From a bacterium (GTDB taxonomy: Bacteria; Patescibacteriota; Saccharimonadia; Saccharimonadales; UBA4665), in the NCBI GenBank assembly GCA_021799575.1, contig JAJZAD010000004.1, forward strand, positions 7,062-71,061: a DNA stretch of 64,000 bases. Reading direction: 5' to 3'. Below are positions 23,883 to 34,160 of this stretch, piece after piece. The position numbers and the translations under genes were made by a program. Each line of letters begins with the position of its first letter. The stretch's first letter is position 1. The notes beneath the pieces were generated by a model. That model was not told the origin of the DNA. It saw nothing but the letters and a program-made list of their open reading frames with translations, and searched no databases.

Positions 23883-25394
23883 ATGGCTACTATTGAAGAA
23901 CTGCGCAAAGAAAGGCTACGTAAACTTGATGAACTAAAGAGGCTCGGGGTTAATCCCTATCCGGCTCAAGTTGAGCGGACACACATACTAAGAGAAGTTG
24001 TAGAGCATTTTTCGAAACTCGAGCATCAGACAGTTACGGTTGTAGGCCGGGCTATAAACTTGCGTAAATTGGGCAAGATAGCATTTATTGTCATAAGAGA
24101 CCAATCGGGCCAATTGCAACTTTTGCTTAATAAATCGGAGCTTCAAGACTTCGATCCTGCGGATTCTCAAATCGGTTTCAGTCAGATACCGTTATTGGAC
24201 AACGGTGACTTTTTACAAGCTACCGGGGAAGTAATTAAAAGCCAGACTGGCGAAATATCCGTTTCAGTCAAGCAGTTAAGACTCTTGACTAAGAGTTTGA
24301 GGCCGCTGCCTCTAGAAAGAGAAGGTTTTACCAATAAAGAGGAACGTTTAAGACGTCGTTACGTAGATATGAACGTTAATCATGAAGTACGCGAACGGTT
24401 TATTAGGCGTAGTCGCTTTTGGAAAAGTACGCGCGAATTTTTGGACAATAACGGATTTATTGAGATTAATGTACCGGTACTAGAGCATTCTACCGGTGGT
24501 GCTGATGCTAAACCCTTCATCACCCATATGGATGCTTTAAACGAAGATTTTTACCTGCGCATAAGTCATGAATTGCCTCTAAAACGCTTATTGGGAGCCG
24601 GTTTTGAGAAGGTCTACGACATTGGACCCAGATTTAGAAATGAGAATTATACCGAGGAGCATTTGCCGGAACACATAGCAATGGAATGGTATTGGGCATT
24701 CGCCGATTGGCGGGACGGAATGCGTTTGCAAACCGATATGTTCAGAAGCATTGCCCAGCAGACATTCGATACTCTTAAATTCAAAATTAATCAGTTTGAA
24801 GTCGACTTGGGACGTGAATGGGAACAACTGGACTATGCAGAGGTAATCGCTGAACATTATAATGGCCTCGACATTTTTAACTGCGACTTAGTACAAGTTA
24901 AGCAATTACTCGATAAATATCATCTGGAAGTGGAAAGAAGCGATAATAAAGCCAGAGGTATAGATAAGTTATGGAAGAATGTTCGCAAGGATCTTGCCGG
25001 TCCGCTTTGGCTGATTAATACCCCGACTTTTATCAGTCCTCTGGCGAAAACTAATCCAGATAACCCTAAAACCGTGCAGCGCTTCCAGGCAGTTATTGCC
25101 GGCACAGAAGTTAGCAACGGCTTCAGCGAATTAAACGATCCGCTTGAACAATACAACCGCTTCTTAGAACAGCAAACAATGCGTGCCAGTGGTGATGACG
25201 AAGCTATGATGATGGACATTGACTTTGTTGAAATGCTTGAATACGGCATGCCTCCAGCATGCGGATTAGGCTATAGTGAACGTCTGTTTTGGTTGCTCGA
25301 AGGTGTTAGTGCCAGGGAAGGCGTGCCCTTTCCGCAACTACGGCTGGAAATCGACCCGACCACAAAGAAACTTTATCCTGAAGCTAAGCTCTAA
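23883..25394 (+). CDS. lysS: Lysyl-tRNA synthetase, class II
   Basis: 503 aa with an OB-fold N-domain and a class II core (FRNENYTEEHLPEHIAMEWY; GLGYSERL). Confidence 0.93.
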   Translation: MATIEELRKERLRKLDELKRLGVNPYPAQVERTHILREVVEHFSKLEHQTVTVVGRAINLRKLGKIAFIVIRDQSGQLQLLLNKSELQDFDPADSQIGFSQIPLLDNGDFLQATGEVIKSQTGEISVSVKQLRLLTKSLRPLPLEREGFTNKEERLRRRYVDMNVNHEVRERFIRRSRFWKSTREFLDNNGFIEINVPVLEHSTGGADAKPFITHMDALNEDFYLRISHELPLKRLLGAGFEKVYDIGPRFRNENYTEEHLPEHIAMEWYWAFADWRDGMRLQTDMFRSIAQQTFDTLKFKINQFEVDLGREWEQLDYAEVIAEHYNGLDIFNCDLVQVKQLLDKYHLEVERSDNKARGIDKLWKNVRKDLAGPLWLINTPTFISPLAKTNPDNPKTVQRFQAVIAGTEVSNGFSELNDPLEQYNRFLEQQTMRASGDDEAMMMDIDFVEMLEYGMPPACGLGYSERLFWLLEGVSAREGVPFPQLRLEIDPTTKKLYPEAKL

Positions 25395-25409
25395 CTTTTA
25401 AAATAGCAT

Positions 25410-25787
25410 ATGGTAGATATTGACGATAAATCATTCGAACGGCTTACCAGGGAAGCCTTAGCTAGTCTGACAGGAGTTCATGCCAAAAACATTTCAAACA
25501 TAGCCATTATATATGCCGACATTCCTAGTAATGAACAGAGGCGACAGTTGAAGCTCAGGGATGATCAAACCTTATTTGGTCTATACGAGGGAGTACCACT
25601 ACCATTTCGTCAAGGCCAAACTAAGCTTATACCTGATAAAATTACCCTATTTAAACTACCTCTATCTCAAGCGAGTGCCGACATAGAGCAACTCAAGGAA
25701 AATATTCGCCATACCCTATGGCATGAGATTGGACATTATTACGGCTTGGACCACGATCGTATCCATGAACTAGAGAGCAATAATTGA
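25410..25787 (+). CDS. Small metallopeptidase-family protein (MMP-like, HExxH)
   Basis: 125 aa with LWHEIGHYYGLDH near the C-terminus. It resembles the minimal metalloprotease-like DUF1025/COG3824 family, recalled from memory. Confidence 0.6.
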   Translation: MVDIDDKSFERLTREALASLTGVHAKNISNIAIIYADIPSNEQRRQLKLRDDQTLFGLYEGVPLPFRQGQTKLIPDKITLFKLPLSQASADIEQLKENIRHTLWHEIGHYYGLDHDRIHELESNN

Positions 25788-25883
25788 GGAAGAGCGTACC
25801 TTTGAGATAAAGCATATTGATCTTAACTGTACTGTATAGTTAGATATGTTTTACATTGAAGTAAGTTTTAAAAAGAAGACCTA

Positions 25884-26537
25884 ATGAAACGTGCAGTTAT
25901 CTTCGATTTCGACGGCACTATAGCCGATAGTTTTGCCACGGTGATTGCCATTGCCCATAAGCTTACCAGACGTCCACAGTTAGCAGATATTGAATACGTT
26001 AAAGTTATGCGCAACAAGCATATGGGGCTGAAGCACGCCGTATTGAGTTTAAACATACCGCGTTGGCATTTACCTTGGCTGGTTAGTAGGGGGAGGCGTA
26101 TTATGAGCCAAAACATCCATGTCATACCGGTTTTTAGCGGCATAGGGGAGGTCTTAAAAAAACTTAACCAGGAGCATTACCAGCTTTTTATTGTGACCAG
26201 TAACAGTAAACGCAATGTTGAGCGTTTTTTAAGCGAAAAAGGTCTCCAGCCCTATTTTAAAAAGGTCTACGGAGGCGCCAGCTTGTTCGGCAAAGGACGG
26301 TTAATAAAAAAAGTCCTGAGTGATAATTCACTTAAACCGGATAGTGCTATCTACGTCGGTGATGAAGATAGGGATATTGTCATGGCACAACAGTATAACC
26401 TGCCGGTTATAGGGGTGACTTGGGGGTATAACAGCGAAGATCTGCTGCGCAAGCATCAACCTACTGACATAGTCAGAACACCTAATCAGCTTTTTGATGC
26501 GATACTCGCCCTAAACAATAACTCAAACCTAAAATAA
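25884..26537 (+). CDS. HAD-superfamily hydrolase (phosphatase-like)
   Basis: 217 aa with motif I VIFDFDGTIADS and motif IV YVGDEDRDI. Confidence 0.8.
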   Translation: MKRAVIFDFDGTIADSFATVIAIAHKLTRRPQLADIEYVKVMRNKHMGLKHAVLSLNIPRWHLPWLVSRGRRIMSQNIHVIPVFSGIGEVLKKLNQEHYQLFIVTSNSKRNVERFLSEKGLQPYFKKVYGGASLFGKGRLIKKVLSDNSLKPDSAIYVGDEDRDIVMAQQYNLPVIGVTWGYNSEDLLRKHQPTDIVRTPNQLFDAILALNNNSNLK

Positions 26538-26610
26538 CTCCAGTTCAGGACATTTTATGTTTAGTTCAAACAGTAAATAGTCTCTTTCCTGTTACAATTA
26601 AATCTGAATT

Positions 26611-27426
26611 ATGACGAATAATAGTAATCGCAACCGCACCTATCAGCGTTCCGTATATGAGCCGGGTCAAAAACAACCTTATAAAATTTCGCGTAGCAAA
26701 ATCGAGCTGTATATGCAGTGTCAGCGTTGTTTTTGGCTTGATGCTCGCAAGCATATAGTCAGACCTTCCAGTCCTCCGTTTACAATTAACAAAGCTATTG
26801 ACGAGTTATTTAAAAAAGAATTCGACCTTTACCGACACGAGGGTAAACCTCACCCTTTAATGACTGAATTTTCGGTAGATGCCATACCGATGCAACACGA
26901 CAAACTGGACGTCTGGCGACAGAATTTTATCGGAGTGTCAGTACTGCATGAGCCTACTAATTTTTTGGTTTATGGAGCAATTGATGATCTGTGGGTCGGT
27001 TCCGATGGTAAAGTTATAGTGGTCGATTATAAGGCGACTGCTAAGGAGCAAGAAGTTAATATTGACAGCGAATGGCAGATTGGTTATAAGCGTCAGCTGG
27101 AAATTTACCAATGGCTGCTTAAAGGAAATGATTTAAAGGTAGCAAAAACCGGTTACTTTGTTTACACCAATGCCAATATAGGTGCAAACGGGTTCAATGA
27201 TAAAATAGAATTTAAGACCAAACTGATACCCTATAAGGGTGATGATTCATGGGTAGAACCGACGCTGGTTAACATGAAAGCTTGTTTAGAAGACGATACA
27301 ATTCCCGAAGTGGGTATGGCTGCTATGGGGGGACCATGTGAATATTGTGCCTATGCCCGGTCTAGGACCGAACTGACGCTGGAATCTATGAACATTCCCG
27401 TTAAGAAATCTTTGAAGATAACATAA
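26611..27426 (+). CDS. PD-(D/E)XK nuclease, Cas4/RecB-like with Cys cluster
   Basis: 271 aa with CQRCFW near the N-terminus, IDDLWV, VVDYKAT (D-x-K), QLEIYQWLL (QxxxY) and C-terminal C...GGPCEYCAY. There are no CRISPR or cas genes nearby. Confidence 0.7.
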   Translation: MTNNSNRNRTYQRSVYEPGQKQPYKISRSKIELYMQCQRCFWLDARKHIVRPSSPPFTINKAIDELFKKEFDLYRHEGKPHPLMTEFSVDAIPMQHDKLDVWRQNFIGVSVLHEPTNFLVYGAIDDLWVGSDGKVIVVDYKATAKEQEVNIDSEWQIGYKRQLEIYQWLLKGNDLKVAKTGYFVYTNANIGANGFNDKIEFKTKLIPYKGDDSWVEPTLVNMKACLEDDTIPEVGMAAMGGPCEYCAYARSRTELTLESMNIPVKKSLKIT

Positions 27427-27439
27427 AAGGGAATGAACC

Positions 27440-28738
27440 ATGCTCGATATTAACTATATTCGTTCTAATCAAAAGATGGTTAGCGAAAAATCCGCTCAAA
27501 AAGGATACAAGGTAGATATTCCGGAACTAATCAGGCTCGATGATCTCAGGCGTAAACTACGGTCTCAAGTCGACAGTCTAAGGCAAGAACGCAATCAGCT
27601 AGCGCACTCGCTTAAAAATCAGCAACCCGATGCGGCGTCACAAGAAAAAGGTCGCGATCTCAAGCAACAACTGAGTAGCCTTGAGGACGATCTGAAAAAA
27701 ATCGAGTCAGACTATATTAAGTTATTAAAAGCCGTTCCCAATATGCCACTCCCCGATGTTCCTATCGGTAGTAGCGAATCGGAGAACGTTATCGAAAAAA
27801 CGGTCGGAGATAAACCTCACTTCGATTTTATTCCGCTCGCTCACCAGGATCTGGGGGATAAACTAGACTTAATAGATAAAATGCGGGCAGCTAAAATTTC
27901 GGGTAGCCGGTTTGCCTATCTTAAAGGTGATCTTGTACGTATGCAGTTTGCTATTATCGGATTTGTCATCGGAGAACTAACCAATTCCGAACTAATCGCA
28001 AAACTGATTAAAGACAACGGGCTTAAATTATCTAATAAACCTTTTTTACCTATTTTACCCCCGGCTTTACTCAAAACCGGACCTTATGAAGCTAGTGCCA
28101 GACTTAACGCTGAAGAAGTGACATATAAAATAGACCAGGACGATTTATGGCTTAACGCCAGCGCTGAACATACTCTTTGCACCATGTATATGAACGAAGT
28201 AATAGATGAACGGAACTTGCCGATCAGACTTTTAGGTTATTCTACCAGTTTCAGAAGAGAGGCCGGTAGCTACGGCAAAGATATTGAAGGGATTTTTCGT
28301 CTGCATCAGTTCGATAAACTGGAGATGGAGGTATTATCCGATCCGGATAGCGGGCTTGATGAACATAAGCTCTTAGTTGCCATTCAAGAGTATTTGGTAA
28401 GCAGTCTAGGGCTTAGCTATCAGTTGATTAATAAATGTACCGCCGATATAGGCAAACCAAATGCCCGGGGTGTAGATATCAATACCTGGTTTCCATCCCA
28501 GAACACATACCGTGAAACCCATACTGCCGATTACATGACAGATTATCAGACCCGTGATTTACGGATACGTCTTAAGACTCAGGATGGGTTATTGAAACCT
28601 ATACATACCAACGATGCTACAGCCTTTGCTCTAGGTAGAATAATGGCCGCAATTGTTGAAAACTTTCAAGATAGCGAGGGGCATATAACTATTCCAACCG
28701 TTTTACGGCCTTTTATGGGCGGACAGACTAAAATATAA
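27440..28738 (+). CDS. serS: Seryl-tRNA synthetase
   Basis: 432 aa with an N-terminal coiled-coil arm and a class II core FRREAGSYGKDIEGIFRLHQFDKLE. Confidence 0.94.
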   Translation: MLDINYIRSNQKMVSEKSAQKGYKVDIPELIRLDDLRRKLRSQVDSLRQERNQLAHSLKNQQPDAASQEKGRDLKQQLSSLEDDLKKIESDYIKLLKAVPNMPLPDVPIGSSESENVIEKTVGDKPHFDFIPLAHQDLGDKLDLIDKMRAAKISGSRFAYLKGDLVRMQFAIIGFVIGELTNSELIAKLIKDNGLKLSNKPFLPILPPALLKTGPYEASARLNAEEVTYKIDQDDLWLNASAEHTLCTMYMNEVIDERNLPIRLLGYSTSFRREAGSYGKDIEGIFRLHQFDKLEMEVLSDPDSGLDEHKLLVAIQEYLVSSLGLSYQLINKCTADIGKPNARGVDINTWFPSQNTYRETHTADYMTDYQTRDLRIRLKTQDGLLKPIHTNDATAFALGRIMAAIVENFQDSEGHITIPTVLRPFMGGQTKI

Positions 28739-28969
28739 GTGTGTTTAAACGAGTTTAAATAACCTTGGCAATTAACTATTCCAAAACTATTTAGTACTAA
28801 GTTATAAATATTCCAAGCGAATAATATTAAATAGGTTTATTGATAGGTGTAGAATAAGTTTTAAGGTTATTATTGATAACGATTGCGTTCCTTAGACGTA
28901 TCTTACCCGGAACTGGGTAGGGTATAATTATGGGGATCAAATTACTTTCTAAGTAAACACCGGAGAGCA

Positions 28970-31615
28970 ATGCAAGCAGTATTTAAAAAAATTTTGGGTG
29001 ACCCTCAAGCTAAAACCCTAAAGCGGATGCGCCGCAAGGTTAATGAAATTAACGCCTTGGCGGATAAGTATGCTAAGTTAAGCGACATTGATCTACGTGC
29101 ACAGACCGATAAGTTAAAAAAGCGCTTAGCTAAGGAGACACTGGACGATATTTTACCTGATGCCTTTGCTATAGTGCGGGAAGCTGCCACGAGAACTTTA
29201 AAACAGCGTCATTTTGACGTGCAGTTGATAGGCGGGATAGTTTTGCATGAAGGCAAAGTGGCTGAAATGAAAACCGGAGAAGGTAAAACTTTGGTTGCTA
29301 CCTTGCCTGTATATCTAAACGCCTTAACTGGAAAAGGTGTGCATGTAGTAACGGTCAACGACTATTTGGCTCAGCGTGATGCCGGCTGGATGGGGCAAAT
29401 ATATAACTTTTTAGGCTTAAATATCGGGGTGATCATGCCGGATCACTCCTTTATTTACGACCCGTCCTTTGAGAATAAGAGTCATGAAGACCCGAGAATG
29501 CGTCATCTGAAAGAAGTTTCTCGCCAGGAGGCTTATGGCGCGGACATTACTTATGGAACCAATAATGAGTTCGGCTTTGATTACCTTAGAGACAATATGG
29601 TTAGAGAAGTCGAGCAGTTAAGACAAAGGGAACTAAATTTCGCCATTGTCGACGAAGTGGACTCGATATTGATCGATGAAGCCAGAACTCCGTTGATCAT
29701 CAGTGCTCCGAGCGTAACTAGCGGGACGGCCTATGCACAGTTTGCAAAAATTGTCAGACCGCTAAAAAAAGATGTGGATTACGAGACGGACGAAAAACGT
29801 AAACAGGTCATCTTGACCGATAAAGGCGTGGATAAGATGGAAAAAGCATTAGGTATTTCGAACCTGTATGCCAGTGAAAATATCCGTATTATCTATCATC
29901 TTCAAAAAGCGTTGCTTGCCCAAGCACTATATAAAAGAGACAAAGATTACGTAGTAAATAATGACGGCGAAGTAATAATCGTTGACGAATTTACCGGACG
30001 TTTACTCCATGGAAGACGGTATAACGAGGGTCTGCATCAAGCGATTGAGGCAAAGGAAGGGGTAGAAGTACAGGAAGAATCTACTACTCTGGCAACAATT
30101 ACGTTTCAGAACTACTTTCGTCTCTATGATAAGTTGTCCGGAATGACCGGAACGGCAATGACCGAAGCCGAAGAATTTCACCAAATCTACAAACTGGACG
30201 TAGTTGAAATACCGACCAATAAGCCGATGATTAGAATAGATCGTCCGGATAGAATCTACCGCAGTGAAGAAGCTAAGTTTAAAGCAATTGTTAAAGAAGT
30301 ACAGATGTTGCATGCTAAAGGCCAACCGGTGTTACTAGGGACTGCATCCATCGAAAAGAATGAAGTATTAAGTCGATTATTAAAGCGCGCCAACATTCCG
30401 CATCAAATGTTGAATGCTAAGAATAATGAGCGCGAGGCGGGAATTATTTCCAGAGCTGGTCAAAAAGGCGCTGTTACATTGGCTACGAATATTGCTGGCC
30501 GTGGTACCGATATTGTATTGGGTGATGGAGTAGTGGAACTCGGCGGATTATTTGTATTAGGGTCCGAACGACACGAGTCTCGACGGATAGACAACCAGTT
30601 GCGAGGACGATCAGGCCGACAAGGTGATCCGGGTGTCACGCAATTCTTTGTCAGTACGGAAGATGATCTGATGCGTATTTTTGGGGGTGAACGAATCGGA
30701 GCAGTGATGAACCGGTTAAGTAAAGACGATGATACTCCACTAGAGAATCGGATTATTTCTCGTTCTCTTGAAAAAGCTCAAGAGAGGGTAGAAGGTTATA
30801 ACTTTGATCAACGTAAGAATGTTGTGCAATATGATGATGTAATGAACCGCCAGCGTAAAGCTGTGTACAGTATGCGCCGGGAAATTCTTAAAGCCTCGGA
30901 TATCAGCAAGCGTATTAAACAATTAATCGAGGACGAAGTAAAGGCGATTGCCGACTCTCCGGATATCCTGAAAGAAAATTTTGATGAAGTGGTAAAAGAA
31001 GTGTTCCCGTTTGATGAGCCTACACTTGACAGACTGTTTGACACCGAAGCTGATAAATTTGGAGCAGTTTTATTAAGTGAGGCCAAAGAACTATATGCAT
31101 CCCGGGAGTCTGCATTCGGTGAAGAATTTATGCGCCGGCTCGAGAGAGATGTTTACTTGCAGGTGCTTGACGACCAATGGATGCAACACCTCGAGAATAT
31201 GGACCATCTTAGGGAGGGAATACATTGGATGGGCGTAGGGCAGCAAGATCCGTTAGTCGAATACAGGAGACAGGGCCAGGTACTTTTTGAAACCATGCAA
31301 GCGAATTTGAGGAACCTGATAGTCAAAATGTTATTCCATACATTTCCGGTGGATGTCGGTCAGCTGGATCAACGACCGGTTGAGACATCACTCACCCGCG
31401 CCGCCAGGAGCTCGATCGAGAATGCCGGACAGGTCATAAAAGGGCAAGAAGAATTTCATGAAGAAGATTTTAAAACCGCTCCATCCGAATCCTTGCCTAC
31501 GCAGGATGGAGTCAAGTCGTTGGGTTCTAAAAAAGTAGTTTCTAGTAGTGCCCGTAAGAAAGCCAGGAAAAGTGAGCGCCAACGTAAAGCTATAGCCAAA
31601 CGCAGGAGACACTAA
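28970..31615 (+). CDS. secA: Preprotein translocase ATPase SecA
   Basis: 881 aa with MKTGEGKTLVATL (Walker A) and DEVDSILIDEARTPLIIS. The C-terminus is basic and lacks the Cys/His zinc motif. Confidence 0.97.
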   Translation: MQAVFKKILGDPQAKTLKRMRRKVNEINALADKYAKLSDIDLRAQTDKLKKRLAKETLDDILPDAFAIVREAATRTLKQRHFDVQLIGGIVLHEGKVAEMKTGEGKTLVATLPVYLNALTGKGVHVVTVNDYLAQRDAGWMGQIYNFLGLNIGVIMPDHSFIYDPSFENKSHEDPRMRHLKEVSRQEAYGADITYGTNNEFGFDYLRDNMVREVEQLRQRELNFAIVDEVDSILIDEARTPLIISAPSVTSGTAYAQFAKIVRPLKKDVDYETDEKRKQVILTDKGVDKMEKALGISNLYASENIRIIYHLQKALLAQALYKRDKDYVVNNDGEVIIVDEFTGRLLHGRRYNEGLHQAIEAKEGVEVQEESTTLATITFQNYFRLYDKLSGMTGTAMTEAEEFHQIYKLDVVEIPTNKPMIRIDRPDRIYRSEEAKFKAIVKEVQMLHAKGQPVLLGTASIEKNEVLSRLLKRANIPHQMLNAKNNEREAGIISRAGQKGAVTLATNIAGRGTDIVLGDGVVELGGLFVLGSERHESRRIDNQLRGRSGRQGDPGVTQFFVSTEDDLMRIFGGERIGAVMNRLSKDDDTPLENRIISRSLEKAQERVEGYNFDQRKNVVQYDDVMNRQRKAVYSMRREILKASDISKRIKQLIEDEVKAIADSPDILKENFDEVVKEVFPFDEPTLDRLFDTEADKFGAVLLSEAKELYASRESAFGEEFMRRLERDVYLQVLDDQWMQHLENMDHLREGIHWMGVGQQDPLVEYRRQGQVLFETMQANLRNLIVKMLFHTFPVDVGQLDQRPVETSLTRAARSSIENAGQVIKGQEEFHEEDFKTAPSESLPTQDGVKSLGSKKVVSSSARKKARKSERQRKAIAKRRRH

Positions 31616-31634
31616 AAATAGATAAGGAAGATTT

Positions 31635-32948
31635 ATGAGACATACCGTTTCCGAGATTGCGCTAAGTAACGGTGGGAAGGGTCTATTGATCCATATACCT
31701 AATGCCTCAGTGATGACTTTTGACATTAATTTCCGTGCAGGCGAATTTCTCGTAGAACCGGATAAATGGGAAGTACCGCATTTAATGGAGCATATAGTTC
31801 TAGGGGCTAATGAACTTATACCCAAATCACGGGACTTTCAGGCTGAATTAGAACGCAATGGTGCTTATTCGAATGCGAGCACGAGTATTTATGATATTAC
31901 CTATGAAGCCGAGTGTGCGGATTTCGAGTGGGACCGAGTACTCGATTTACTATTGGTTGCCGTTACCCGACCGTTATTTTTAGAAGAAGAATTCAGAGCC
32001 GAATATGGCAACGTACAAGAAGAGATGGCATCAAGAGCCAATAATCATTTCAGGCGATTAAGTCTAGAAATGCGTAAGGAACTAGGATTGTTGGTAAAGA
32101 CCGATTCAGAAAGACTGAAATTAATGCACAATATTACCGTAGATGACGTTAGAAACCATTACATTAAAACACATACTGCTAAAAACATGCGTTTTGTGAT
32201 CGCAGGTGATATAAATTCTCGACGTCGTGAACAGCTTCAAACACTATTTGAGACCATTGAGCTGCCTAAAACCGGCAGGCGCTACAAATTACCACATGAA
32301 CGGCCTAAACGACTGAATGGGGTTACTTATATTCGTAATAAGACAGTCGAAAACTTATACTTTTATATAGATACGTTTATGAAACGACGGCTGAGTGATC
32401 CAGAAGCCGACGCGCTCAATCTGGTGAATACTATGCTAACGGAAACGTTGTATTCCAAGATTCTTGGTACTGCCAGAGAAAGAGGGCTCGTATACGGTAT
32501 GAGTTCGGGTTTATCGCAAACCCGTGACGTCAGTAATTGGTGGTTTGGGGCTCAAGTATCGGCAAAAAATGCGCCTGCATTAATGAATATTATTAACTCT
32601 GAGCTTCGAAAAGTTATGGAAGGACAAATTGCCGATGAAGATATTGAGGCTACCAAACAATACTCTCTAGGACGTTTTCAGCGTTCGGCACAGACAGTTA
32701 GCGGTACGGCTGCGGGCTACTCCGGCCGTTATTTCTTTGATGAGATAGTGGAAGATTATTATAATATCCCCTCACGCATAAATGCCGTTAAAAAGGATTT
32801 GATAGTGGATATTGTTTGCAGTATGTTTGCTGACAATATTTGGGGTTTTGGGGTACTTGGAGATTGCGGAAAGCAATTTAGTGAACAGCTTAGAGGTCAG
32901 GTAGCTTCGCTTTGGAATAAGAACGCAGCCGTGTCAGAATTAAATTAG
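31635..32948 (+). CDS. M16-family (pitrilysin/insulinase-like) zinc peptidase
   Basis: 437 aa with the inverted zinc motif HxxEH in VPHLMEHIVL. Confidence 0.75.
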   Translation: MRHTVSEIALSNGGKGLLIHIPNASVMTFDINFRAGEFLVEPDKWEVPHLMEHIVLGANELIPKSRDFQAELERNGAYSNASTSIYDITYEAECADFEWDRVLDLLLVAVTRPLFLEEEFRAEYGNVQEEMASRANNHFRRLSLEMRKELGLLVKTDSERLKLMHNITVDDVRNHYIKTHTAKNMRFVIAGDINSRRREQLQTLFETIELPKTGRRYKLPHERPKRLNGVTYIRNKTVENLYFYIDTFMKRRLSDPEADALNLVNTMLTETLYSKILGTARERGLVYGMSSGLSQTRDVSNWWFGAQVSAKNAPALMNIINSELRKVMEGQIADEDIEATKQYSLGRFQRSAQTVSGTAAGYSGRYFFDEIVEDYYNIPSRINAVKKDLIVDIVCSMFADNIWGFGVLGDCGKQFSEQLRGQVASLWNKNAAVSELN

Positions 32949-32950
32949 TT

Positions 32951-34036
32951 ATGGAGAACAGAATACAAGCGGTCAATCAAGCGGCTATTGATGCGGCCGA
33001 AAGTATGGGATTAAATAAACTTAAGGCCGAACTTGCAGACCTAGATGAACAATCCCAAAGCAGTGACTTTTGGCAAGATAATACCCATGCCCAAGCTGTG
33101 ATGCAGCAAATCGTGAATTTAAAACGTCGGATTGAGCCCTGGGATGAATTATTAAATTTAACCGGTGAGCTAATAGAGCTGAACGCGTTAGGGGATAGTG
33201 GTCTTCAAGAAGAAATTGAAACCAGTCTGATAGAAGCTGAAACCAAATTATCTAAACTGAAGCGAGAGCTAATATTGTCTGGACCGTATGATGACCACGG
33301 AGCAATATTAAGCATATTTGCCGGAGCAGGGGGAACCGATGCCCAGGATTGGGCACAAATGCTACTTAGAATGTATATTCGTTTTATGGATAAAAACGGA
33401 TGGAACTATCGGATGGTTGATGAATCTCCGGGTGAGGAAGCGGGAATTAAAACTGCCTCTTTAGAGGTAAATAGCGGCGACGGTTTTATATACGGTAAAC
33501 TGAAAGGTGAGCACGGAGTACATCGCTTAGTTCGACTAAGCCCGTTTAATGCCGATCACCTAAGACAGACCAGTTTTGCTAAAGTTGAAGTAATTCCCAA
33601 AATAGACTCCTCCGCTGAGATAGAGATTGATGATAAAGAACTAAAGATCGACGTTTATCGGAGCAGCGGTCACGGCGGTCAAAGTGTAAATACGACCGAT
33701 TCGGCAGTAAGGGTAACTCATTTGCCTACGGGTATAACGGTAGCAATTCAAAATGAACGCAGTCAACTTCAAAACCGAGAAACCGCGTTAACAATTTTGC
33801 GGTCTAAACTGGCACAGCTGAAGCTTGAACAACATGCTAAACGTTTGAGTGATCTTAAAGGTCCTAACCAGGCGGCCGAATGGGGTAATCAGATCAGAAA
33901 TTACGTACTCCATCCCTATAAGCAAGTTAAAGACCTAAGAACCCATTACCAAACGCGTGATGTAGCGGCAGTCTTAGACGGCAACATCGGTCCAATCATT
34001 GACGCATATCTCGAACATGTTTCTAGGTTGAAGTAG
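32951..34036 (+). CDS. prfB: Peptide chain release factor 2 (single uninterrupted frame)
   Basis: 361 aa with SPF (RLSPFNADHLRQTSFA) and GGQ (SGHGGQSVN). The N-terminal region is continuous, with no in-frame UGA or +1 frameshift site. Confidence 0.93.
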   Translation: MENRIQAVNQAAIDAAESMGLNKLKAELADLDEQSQSSDFWQDNTHAQAVMQQIVNLKRRIEPWDELLNLTGELIELNALGDSGLQEEIETSLIEAETKLSKLKRELILSGPYDDHGAILSIFAGAGGTDAQDWAQMLLRMYIRFMDKNGWNYRMVDESPGEEAGIKTASLEVNSGDGFIYGKLKGEHGVHRLVRLSPFNADHLRQTSFAKVEVIPKIDSSAEIEIDDKELKIDVYRSSGHGGQSVNTTDSAVRVTHLPTGITVAIQNERSQLQNRETALTILRSKLAQLKLEQHAKRLSDLKGPNQAAEWGNQIRNYVLHPYKQVKDLRTHYQTRDVAAVLDGNIGPIIDAYLEHVSRLK

Positions 34037-34143
34037 TCTTAAACAAAAGGTGATTTATAGGGAGCTTACCTTTAAAGCATGTTCCAGTATCGTTAATTTG
34101 AAGCTATAGCCAGAATTTAGCGAAAAACCCGATCGACTTTTAG

Positions 34144-34152
34144 TGCTATAAT
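34144..34152 (+). promoter_or_regulatory. Extended -10 element TGcTATAAT placed 8 nt before the ftsE ATG (possible leaderless mRNA)
   Basis: TGcTATAAT at 34144-34152 and the ftsE ATG at 34161. There is no SD-like purine run in between (CAAAGCCA). Confidence 0.4.
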
Positions 34153-34160
34153 CAAAGCCA

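Noticed and set aside
28930-28956. 8-codon uORF (MGIKLLSK) upstream of secA as a SecM-like regulatory peptide
   Set aside because: It is far too short to act as an arrest peptide, has no SD, and its ATG directly abuts a TATAAT-like hexamer. It is most likely fortuitous.
32951-33100. Programmed +1 frameshift site in prfB
   Set aside because: The N-terminal region is one continuous frame with no in-frame UGA, and the ATG at 32951 gives a full-length RF2.
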